Source: Anthoceros angustus | Taxonomy: Eukaryota > Plantae > Anthocerotophyta | Length of the DNA: 64,000 nucleotides | NCBI GenBank assembly: GCA_010909165.1 | Contig: VJWM01000011.1 | Location: 1 to 64,000, forward strand | Direction of reading: 5' to 3' | Shown: positions 38,361 through 48,207 of the stretch, piece by piece | Numbering within the stretch: the stretch's first letter is position 1 | How the letters are laid out: each line of letters opens with the position of its first letter | Position numbers and translations under genes: made by a program | Notes under the pieces: model-generated | The model's input: only the letters and a program-made list of their open reading frames with translations | Told to the model about the DNA's origin: nothing | Databases searched by the model: none

Positions 38361-40723
38361 ATGGACCCTTACAAGGTACGCATTGCTTCGCCCTTGCCCG
38401 ACTCGCTTGACTCGAATCGCATGATTCGAATGAGTCGCAGGATGATTCGCAAGAGTCGCAATTTGTGTGCAATGCGTCTCCCGAGGGAGTCTCGCTTGAA
38501 TTGGGAGAAGGGTAGGGGGCCATGTCCGGGGAGGTGATGCCTCGGCACGCCCTTGATCTGCGAATATGTGTGTAGCTGGCCTTAGTGAGGATGCTGCTGA
38601 CGGCCTGCTTGTTCGATGAACATTGCAGTATCGGCCGTCCAGTGCCCACAATTCGTCCCACTTCACTACCAATTCCGGTGCACCGGTATGGAACAACAAC
38701 CACTCGCTGACCGTCGGGGCTCGAGGTTCGTCCGGGGCCCCATTTTGAGGCTGGTGGGAGGGGGATGGGTTGCAGTGATGCCGCAGTCATGGTCGGGAAT
38801 GATGTTTGTGGGTTTGTGGGTTGTGCAGGTCCCATTTTGTTGGAGGACTACCATTTGGTGGAGAAGATTGCACAGTTCGATAGGGAAAGGATCCCGGAGC
38901 GTGTTGTGCACGCGAGAGGTGCCAGTGCGAAGGGATTCTTTGAGGTAACCCACGATGTTTCCCATCTCACCTGCGCCGACTTCCTGCGGGCGCCTGGAGT
39001 TCAAACCCCGATCATCCTGCGTTTCTCCACTGTCATCCATGAGCGTGGCAGCCCCGAAAGTCTCAGGGACCCTCGCGGCTTTGCTATCAAGTTCTACACC
39101 AGGGAGGTGAGTGGTGGTGGCAGGGCAAGGGTTTAGGGCAGCAGTTCGGTGATGGTGACTTGCTGTGGATTGAATCTTTCCGGGTTGTCCATGTGCATGT
39201 GCATGTGCAGGGCAATTTTGATATGGTTGGGAACAATATGCCAGTGTTTTTCGTCAGGGATGGCATGAAGTTCCCTGACATGGTCCACGCTCTGAAGCCC
39301 AATCCCAAGAACCATATTCAGGAGATCTGGCGGATTCTGGATTTCTTCTCCCACCACCCTGAGAGTTGCCACATGTTTACTTTCCTGTTTGATGATGTTG
39401 GTATCCCCAAGGACTACAGGCACATGCCAGGATTCGGTGTTCACACTTTCTCCTTGATCAACAGGGTGGGGAAACAGACATTTGTGAAGTTCCACTGGAT
39501 CCCTACTTGCGGCGAAGAGAATCTAATTGGTGATGAAGCTGTGATAGTGGGCGGTACCAACCACAGCCATGCTACCAAGGACCTGTACGATTCCATTGCC
39601 GCAGGGGACTTCCCTGAGTGGAAGCTCTTCATCCAGACTCTTGACCCTGCTGATGAGGACAAGTATGATTTCGATCCCCTGGATGTCACCAAGACGTGGC
39701 CTGAGGAGTTGTTCCCCCTGCAGCCGGTTGGAAGGATGGTGCTAAACAGGAACATCGACAACTTCTTCGCTGAGAATGAGCAGCTTGCCTTCTGCCCTGC
39801 CCTCGTTGTTCCAGGTGTATACTACACCGATGACAAGCTCCTGCAGACCCGTATCTTCTCGTACGCAGACACTCAGAGGCACAGGCTCGGTCCGAACTAC
39901 CTTCTTCTGCCTGTGAATGCTCCCAAATGTGCCTATCACAACAACCATCACGAGGGTCTCATGAACTTCATGCACAGGGACGAGGAGGTACGTCATCCAC
40001 CACTCTCCCCAGTAGAGAGATTGTTTTTCGGTGAAAATTTCTCCACCAATGTGTCCGGTATTTTTCCTTGTCGCAGGTGAACTACTTCCCATCTAGGTTT
40101 GACCCGGTGCGACATTCGGAGAGGGTGCCGATACCTTCAGCTCCGCTTTCGGGGAAGCGTGAGAAGGTCAGTGATGAAGAGTTCAGAGAAATAGCAGGGA
40201 GAGCTGGAGAAGTGAAAGATGCCGTAGAGGTTGATTTCCCATTTGAAGCATGTGGCACACGGAGGCTGCCGTGCGAAGGTGTAGCTTGCTTCCTAGATTC
40301 ACGGCTGTTTGTGGGCTGTGACAGGTTATGATTGAGAAGGAAAACAATTTCCAGCAGCCAGGAATACGGTACCGGTCATGGGCTCCAGACAGGTATACGT
40401 TTATGGGGGCAATGAGACTGTCTTTGCATGGCTTCTACCCCCTGCATCCATGATGATTTCTTTCGGCGATCTGCAGGCAGGAAAGGTTCGTGAACATGTG
40501 GGTAGATTCTCTGTCTGATCCCCGAGTGACTCACGAGATTCGCAGCATTTGGATTTCTTACTGGTCTCAGGTGAGAGACACTGTTGGAACCTGTTGTCTT
40601 GAAAGACAGCTTCTTGGTAAAATCCTACGCTCCTCTCATCCCATGCGTGCTGTCCTTCTGCAGTGTGATGGGAGTCTGGGCCAGAAGATTGCTGCTGGAC
40701 TGAATTCCAAGGCCAGGCTGTGA
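38361..40723 (+). CDS. CAT: Monofunctional heme catalase, 492 aa; 8 exons (38361-38375, 38629-38725, 38829-39106, 39211-39987, 40077-40166, 40325-40392, 40477-40570, 40664-40723)
   Basis: MDPYK first exon; [18 protein letters not shown] (distal His); [14 protein letters not shown] (proximal Tyr). The exons sum to 1479 nt, an intact frame. Confidence 0.97.
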
Positions 40724-41652
40724 GTGTGCACGGATGTGTGTTGTTGCTGGCACATCGCAAAGTAGAGTTCGATCTGTGAGCTTCTAATATGGTAAATTAC
40801 CTCGGTGGAGTAGTGTATCGCAAACAGATTTCAAGGAAACAAATTTGGCTGTAGGCCAGTGAAGTATAGAGAGTCGGGTTTGCGATTAGGGGTCCGATGA
40901 TTGTGAACATCATTGGATGTGGGTGTGTGCTGCACGTTTGCCTCTATATGCTGAAAAATTGGCATAAATTAGTACATCTGGTGCAGACGAATAAAATGCA
41001 TGCTCCTAGACGGGAGTAGCTGATTCATACAACACTAGACAGTACGTAAATATCAGGTTAGCACTACCAGCTTTTGCAAGCTCCTGTCCTTTGCAGCTAA
41101 CGAAATGGGCGAAGAGTTCTTTTACACCTATAGCACCATCAATAATACGTACTCGATAGATAATAGCTTATCCAGTGACAATATGATGAAAGAGAAGGTA
41201 AATTGACCAATAAAGTTGTGAGGGTGAAAATTATTCTAATACCTCTCTAACTCCGTAACAATAGGCACGATGAGATGAAATTTTCTTTTCAGTTGAAATT
41301 AAGAAGTAATGTTTTTTAGTGTTAGAAGCTGTATTTATTTAGAATTGTACATGTTTTCCTATTTGGAGGTGAACATCCTTGTTTGGATTTGTACATACCT
41401 GTGAAGTTGGAAAAGATCAGTGACTTCTATCTTTAAAATTGTAAAATTAATATTAAATTAAAAAGATTTTTTTATCAAGGATCATTATTACCATAAAAAT
41501 CATTTAAAAGTTGGTACAGAAGAGTAAATGTGATTGAAAATTTTTATTATTAATTTTTTATCAATAGTAATAAATTAAAAGTAGAAAGATACTATATTAA
41601 AAAAAAACAGCCTGAAATATCTTGTTATTGAGGAAGGGTAACAATAGAAGTA

Positions 41653-41765
41653 GCAGCTATGATTAAGTCATCCCTCTTTAGAACCTCTTAATTTATAATC
41701 CCTCGCAGCTATGACTAAGTTATCCGTATTTAGAATTTCTTAATTTCTTAATTTATAATCCCTCT
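41653..41765. repeat. ~52-bp tandem duplication
   Basis: gcagctatga(t/c)taag...ttaatttataatccctc occurs at 41653 and 41705. Confidence 0.7.
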
Positions 41766-42308
41766 TCAATATATAAGACATCCCCCCATTGCAATTCAAT
41801 CTTGCTCTTGCTTAGCACTCTAGAATAGTACATGAAATTTGAGCATAAGCTAGTAAGGAGAGAATGAGAAGTCTACAGCAATACTTCGAAGTTTGACCAT
41901 ATGTTAGTAAGGAAAGCTATATAACATTCTAAGAGTACTCTTTTGAATTGATAAAAATTCCTTTCTACCTATGTAGGTACTACATATAAAAGGACAGCAA
42001 TCGTATATATTACATCTCTTGGTACGGTGATGTGAGAGCTTGATGGTGAAGAGACCCTAGTGCTCATGAGAGCTTCGGAAAGACAAAGTGTGTACCATCA
42101 CTAAAGAGGAGGTGGTCGAATGAGAAAAAACAAGCAGCTCCGCGGATGAAGGTGTGCCATATGTGAGCTCCTAAAGTCTCGTATCTCTACCTCCCACCTT
42201 CTTGACAAAGCTTTTATCCTTGGGGCCTACGTATAGAATAAATATTATATTGTACTATATTTATATTATATACTAATTATATTATATCATCATTATAATA
42301 TAACAAAT

Positions 42309-44015
42309 ATGGCTCAAACAAAATTTTCTAGAGCAACAGACTTTGAGTATGAAGTCGGAGATTGTTTATTTGATGCAGTATCATATTTGTTAGGACATTC
42401 AATTTCATCTTCAAACCTAAGAGTAATGGCAATGGATGAGTTTAAAAAGAGGATTCAAAACCACGACCCAATTGCTCTTGATAATTTGCAGCAGTATATT
42501 CCAGAAATCTTGCAAGAGATTCATGGAAAGGAAGTTGATAGTATAGACACTTATATTCGTAGAATGAGTTTACCTGCTGCAAAGAAAAATATCACAAACT
42601 CGAAGGTTATAGGTCTTGTTACAAATTGTAACCTTACAACTTCTATTGCAAGCTCTAACCTTAGAGTAAATGTTGAAGTAATTGAAAAGACTCAAACTTG
42701 TGTCATAAGTCGAGAACTTGGAACTTGGCTTAAATTATGGTTAATCTATAAACTATTTCATACTTGGCTTAAATTATGTCTAGTTTTTAAATTAATCCAT
42801 ATTATGGAGAGAGTAGCTCAAAAGTTTGGCCGTAATCAAGAATTTGGAACTTGGATTAGATTATGTTTAATCTATAAATTTGTCAATCATGGTCTTAGAC
42901 TATGGCTAATCTATACAGTGATTGATCACATCCAAACATTGCAAGATGAGATATTCCGGAATAACACAAGGAAAGATGAGATAATGCAAGGTGATAGATG
43001 GAAGGATGACATATCGCTGGATGATGACATATCGCCAAATGCTCTCTTTCCCTTCTGTCTTTATTTCCTAGAAAGAACACAGGAGGGAAGATGGCAAGCT
43101 ATGCTCGAGAGAACACAGGGTCGGCTAATGATGGATGACATGTGGCAAGTTGACACTTGGCGAAGGGAGGATGACACATGGGAAGAGTGCATGGAGGTTG
43201 ACATAGAGCAAGGGGGCAAACAGGTTGACAAGTGGAAAGAGACAAGGGAGGATGACACATGGGAAGAGTGCATGGAGATTGACATAGAGGAAGGGGGCAA
43301 ACTAGTTGTCACGTGGAAAGAGACAAGGGAGGATGACACATGGGAAGAGTGCATGGAGGTTGAGATAGAGCAAGGGGGGAAACAGGTTGACACATGGAAA
43401 GAGAGAAGGGAGAATGACACAAGGCAAAAGCAGGAGGCAGAAGAGGACATGGAGATTGACATATGGCAACAACAAGAGCAAGAGGCACAAGGGAACATGG
43501 AGATTGTGATATGGCAAGAGGAAGAGGCAGAAGAGAACATAGAGGCTGTCACATCGCAAAAGAGCATGCAAGTTGAGACATCGCAAGAGCGCACGATAGC
43601 ACACGCGAAAGAGGAAGTTGGCTTGTGGGGAGATGCTCTTGCCACTCTGTGGATAAGTGAAACCTTAAAACGACATATATGTATATGGTTAATGAGTTCA
43701 GATAATAAATTTATTTTGATTCAAGAGTTTGGAAAAGAATACAGGTTGAATCATGATGATGAAGGCATGAATGGAGAGGAAGAGGAAGAGAAAGAGTTGA
43801 ATAATGACCGTGAAGGCATGAATGGAAATGAAGAGAAAGATTTTGAAGGCACTAATTTAGATCAAGAGAGAGATCGCGTATGCACTAAATCAGATCAAGA
43901 GAGACATTACAAAGGCACTAATTCACAGAAAGAAAAAGAGTGCAAGCCGAGTCTTAATATTTTGTACGATGGACGCTGTCATTATGAACCTCTTATGTGT
44001 GTCCACATGGCTTAG
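42309..44015 (+). CDS. Intronless 568-aa ORF: OTU-family cysteine protease (deubiquitinase-like) split by repeat-rich in-frame insertions
   Basis: VGDCLFDAVSYLL (Cys19), GLWGDALATLWISETLKRHICIW (Trp440) and LNILYDGRCHYEPL (His558). A 27-aa (81-bp) repeat occurs 3 times plus a partial copy, at 43164, 43245, 43326 and 43407. Confidence 0.65.
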   Translation: MAQTKFSRATDFEYEVGDCLFDAVSYLLGHSISSSNLRVMAMDEFKKRIQNHDPIALDNLQQYIPEILQEIHGKEVDSIDTYIRRMSLPAAKKNITNSKVIGLVTNCNLTTSIASSNLRVNVEVIEKTQTCVISRELGTWLKLWLIYKLFHTWLKLCLVFKLIHIMERVAQKFGRNQEFGTWIRLCLIYKFVNHGLRLWLIYTVIDHIQTLQDEIFRNNTRKDEIMQGDRWKDDISLDDDISPNALFPFCLYFLERTQEGRWQAMLERTQGRLMMDDMWQVDTWRREDDTWEECMEVDIEQGGKQVDKWKETREDDTWEECMEIDIEEGGKLVVTWKETREDDTWEECMEVEIEQGGKQVDTWKERRENDTRQKQEAEEDMEIDIWQQQEQEAQGNMEIVIWQEEEAEENIEAVTSQKSMQVETSQERTIAHAKEEVGLWGDALATLWISETLKRHICIWLMSSDNKFILIQEFGKEYRLNHDDEGMNGEEEEEKELNNDREGMNGNEEKDFEGTNLDQERDRVCTKSDQERHYKGTNSQKEKECKPSLNILYDGRCHYEPLMCVHMA

Positions 44016-44123
44016 GCCAAGTGGACCACATTTACAAGAGCATCCTACTTTTTTCAATCACTACTTAGATGAGGTGCTTAGAAGGAGTGGATGCCTACTA
44101 GTAGCTTACGCACACCATAGTAC

Positions 44124-44351
44124 AAGTTGTTACTAACCAAGTCTCATGATAGGAAAATTCCATTCGAGTGCACTGTAATAGACTTTCTCTTTTTCTTCTA
44201 TAGAGTATTCGTCGTCGGAAGAGTCAATATTTAGTGATTAAGTTGTTGCTAACCAAGTCTCATGATAGGAAAATTCCATCCCAATGCATTATATTAGGCT
44301 TCCTCTTTTTCTTCTATATAGTATCTGTGGTTGGAAGAGTCAATATTTAGG
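44124..44351. repeat. ~116-bp tandem duplication
   Basis: aagttgtt(a/g)ctaaccaagtctcatgataggaaaattccat...gaagagtcaatatttag occurs twice. Confidence 0.8.
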
Positions 44352-44929
44352 GGTTTTTTTTTTGTGTAAGAGTCCAGTTCCAAGCGCTATACGAATTATT
44401 CGTAGGTATACAATAGATAAGCGGACATTATGTACTTCAACTATATACTCAACGATAAAAAAGTGCTCCTGCAAAATCAAAATTAACACTAGTAGATAAG
44501 CATGTACTATGTATTTCAATTTAATGTTAAGCGTACTATTGCAAAGTTAGTGCTCATTGAATTTTAGGGGTCCTCCCCTTGGAATAAGTGGAAACAAATG
44601 TTTAAGTACTAGTCTGCACACGCCTAGCTGGTTTAAGGAACATAAAATTTCTTCCTTTTTTTTATCTCATCAATCTTTCATGAATTTTCCTATATTTCAA
44701 GATTTTCGGAGAAAATGGTCTAAAATGACTATCCGCCAAACAGTGTAAAGGTTCCAATGAAAGAGAGGATGATTTTTTTGTGTTGCAACGTACAATTTTT
44801 ATGTCAAATTAATGACGAGGATAAACTCTACTTCTATATCGCCAAGTACTTTAGCAAACTTTTGCATGAGATCATTGTGAGCAAACCTTTCTTTCAGTTT
44901 CAAAAGATAGGATGGATCCTTTAGTTAAG

Positions 44930-47900
44930 AATTGAATTGAGGTTTTTATTGAGGTGAAAAGCAGGTGGGAAAAACCATCCGGGGAGGGGACAAACCAAAG
45001 GGGACCGAGGGGTCGAGGTGGAGAGGAGCAACTAAGCTCCCTACCTAAAGTCACCTCGCACCCACAATGTCATATGCGGGAAGAATAAGCACACTGCAAA
45101 CCTCGAAGGTAGAGGAAGATCGTCACCTCTCGCCTTATGGAGGATCGTAGTTGAGGCGCGTTGAAGGGCAATTGAAACCGTTGTCGGAAGTATCTTTGCG
45201 TACGAGAGGGACAACCCTGCGTGTATGCGCATGGTAAGCTTTGGACAGGACTTGACAAATTTGTCAAAGTCCTCACCATCCATACGTTCTAGTGCAACGG
45301 AATAAAGGTGGCCAGCCATCCTTTATATTTGCGGACCTTGAGAGCGCGCTCACGGCGGCTAACAGAGTTAGTGATGACTGGTGGAGATAGTGTCTCGTGT
45401 GGATCGGTAACCACCACATCGCCACCGAACACAGTACGCCACGGACAAGTGCAGGGCGGTGATTGACGACTGTCGCGAGAGTATACACTCCCTCTAGGCC
45501 ATGTAGCTTTCGCGGCGATGGCGGTTGACATCGCGGATGGCGTTGTGAGTGGCGTGCGATGACCCCGTGGGGACAACGAGCAAGGTGTACCCGTAATCAT
45601 CGAGGCGACCTGCAAGTAAGGCGAAGAAGCCCGAGACTCTGGCGGGAAGGCGGAATCGCATCGCAATAGTGAAGGTGGTTGATGCGATGCGAAAACCCGA
45701 TGCATGGGCGGGCGTAGCACGTGCGCCCTTCCTGAACAAGAGCGAGCTCTTGTGGACACAGGGATGGAGGGTCTGGAGGACTGGAAAGCTTGGTAGGCTT
45801 CTCGGCGGGGATGCCCGCAAACCAGCCAGTAATAAATGTTGAGAAAGGAGGAAGTCCTTCCGAGCATCCAGCGATAACATGTCCCTAGCTTGCCTCAAGG
45901 ACGTTTGGAGAAAGGTTCCCTCCTCCACTCCCAGATCGAGATCCTCGAGAAAGGGCTTGTCATGGAGGATGAAGCGAGAAGCAAAGGGTGAGAGGGCCCA
46001 GCCGAAAGCCGCGGGAAGAGACCTCCGGCGGAGGCACTGTGCCTCAAATTGCACAGTGGGGATGCTTGCAGTGGGCAGGATCGCACAGGGCACTCAAGCC
46101 CCAGCCCGAGGATATCCCCAAGAGTATCCATAATCTTCCTATCAAACCGCGGTAGGGACAAAGCAGTTGAGACGGAGGCAACGTCTGGATGAGGAAACCA
46201 TAGCCAAGCAGGAGGAAAGAATTCCAAAGGCCACCTATCCTCCAGGAAAGGAGGTCCTCGATATGGAGAGGTCCTGGAAACTGACCAGGAAGCTCTCGAT
46301 AAAGTCGGAGGAAGGGGACCTAGAATGACTATCCGCCATAAGCAAATGTAAAGGTTCCAATGAAAGAGAGGATGATTTTTTTGTGTTGCAACGTACAATT
46401 TTTATGTCAAATTAATGACGAGGATAAACTCTACTTCTATATCGCCAAGTACTTTAGCAAACTTTTGCATGAGATCATTGTGAGCAAACCTTTCTTTCAG
46501 TTTCAAAAGATAGGATGGATCCCCTTTAGTTAAGAATTGAATTCGAGGTTTTTATTGAGGTGAAAAACCGATGGGAAAAGCCCATCCAGGAGGGGACAAA
46601 CCAAAGGGGACCAGGGGGTCGAGGTGGAGAGGAGCAACTAAGCTCCCTACCTAAAGTCACCTACTGCACCCACAATGTCATATGTCGGGAAGAATAACGC
46701 ACCGCAAACCTCGAAGGTAGAGAAGATCGTCACCTACTCTGCCTTATGGAGGATCGTAGTTAGGGCGCGTTGAAGGGCAATTGAAACCTGTCGGAGTATC
46801 TTGCATGAAGTGAGAGGGACAACCCACATGCGGTAATGCATGCGCATGGTAAGCTTTGGGGACTTGACAGATTTGTCAAAGTCCTCGACCATTGCTCCAT
46901 ACGTTTAGTGCAAGCGGAATAAAGAGGTGGCCTGCCTTACATCCGCTATATTTGCGGACCTTGAGGCCGGCTCGGACAGCCAACACAGGGGTTAGTGATG
47001 ACTGAGTGGAGATAGTGTCTCGTGTAGGATCTAACCACCACATCCGCCAAACACAGTCGCCACGGACAAGTGCAGGCACCACATTATGACGACACGTGCG
47101 GAGTATACCGCTCCCTCTAGGCCATGTAGCTTTCGCGGCGATGGCGAATGAGCGGATGGCGTTGTGAGTGGCGATGACCCGTGGACAGCGAGCAAGGTGT
47201 ACCTCGGGAATCATCGGTGACTGCAAGTAAGGCGAAGAAGCCACTCTGCGGTAAGAGCGGTCGCGCCCATAGTGAAGGTGGTTGGTGCGATGCTGAAAAC
47301 CCGTATGCATGGGCGGGCGGTAGCCAAGCAACGTGCGCCCTTCCTGAACAAGAGCGAGCCGCTCTTGTGGACACAGGGATGGAGGGTCTGGAGGGCGGAA
47401 GCTTGGTAGCGCTTCTCGGCGGGGATGCACAACCCCAAACCATCGGTAATAAATGTTGAGAAAGGAGGAAGTCCTTAGCATCCAGCGATAACATGTCCCT
47501 AGCTTGCCTCAAGGACGTTTGGAGAAAGGTTCCCTCCTCCACTCCAATCGAGATCCTCGAGAAAGGGCTTGTCATGGAGGATGGGCAAAGCAGGAGGACA
47601 GAGAGGGCCCAACGGCAGAAAGCGCGGAAGAGACCTCCGAGAGGCAGACTGTGCCTCAAATTGCACAGTGGGGATGCTTGCCAGTGAGCCGGATCGCCAG
47701 GGCACTCAAAGCCCAGGCCCAGGATATCCCCAAGAGTATCCATAATCTTCCTATCAAACCGCGGTAGGACAAAGCAGTTGAGGGGACGGAGGCGTCTGGA
47801 TGAGGAAACCGGGCGCCTAAGCAGGAGGAAAGAATTCAAGGCCACCTATGTATCCTCCGCAAAGGGAGGTCCTCGATATGGAGAGGTCCTCTGCGAGCCC

Positions 47901-48131
47901 AGTCGAGGAAGCTCTCGATAAAGTCAGAGGCAAGGGACCTAGAATCCAGATCCCAAAGCAATCTCCCGGCGAGGAGCTGCAAAGTAGGTAGAATCCCAAG
48001 CGGAGACGGGCACAGCGACACTTGACCTTCAAGCCCACCAAAGAAAGCTCATGAGAGAAGAGCTCAAAGGCCTCCTTGACTTTGTCCCCATGCCCGAGGA
48101 TGTGAGAGTCGTCTGCCATACTAATTAGCAT
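44930..48131 (-). mobile_element. 5'-truncated, frameshifted non-LTR retrotransposon with a C-terminal restriction-like endonuclease (CRE-clade-like); 3' ~1.6-1.7 kb tandemly duplicated together with flank
   Basis: ADDSHILG...FELFSHELSLVGLKV (RT motif region); FDRKIMDTLGDILG; FTIAMRFRL; HLARCP...ATHNAIRD; DVVVTDP...KVRKY...FIPLAL (RLE-type H-C/HN and D...K..KY motifs); AATAAA on the minus strand near 44944-44949. Confidence 0.7.
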
Positions 48132-48207
48132 TTTATTTTTTTAACTTTTCACCTTTTAACTTATTTTATCAATGCCATTACTGTACACGGGCTTTTGAGA
48201 GTCCTGT

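Noticed and set aside
42585-43610. Intein in the OTU ORF
   Set aside because: No N-terminal Cys/Ser splice block, no terminal His-Asn followed by C/S/T, and no homing-endonuclease motif.
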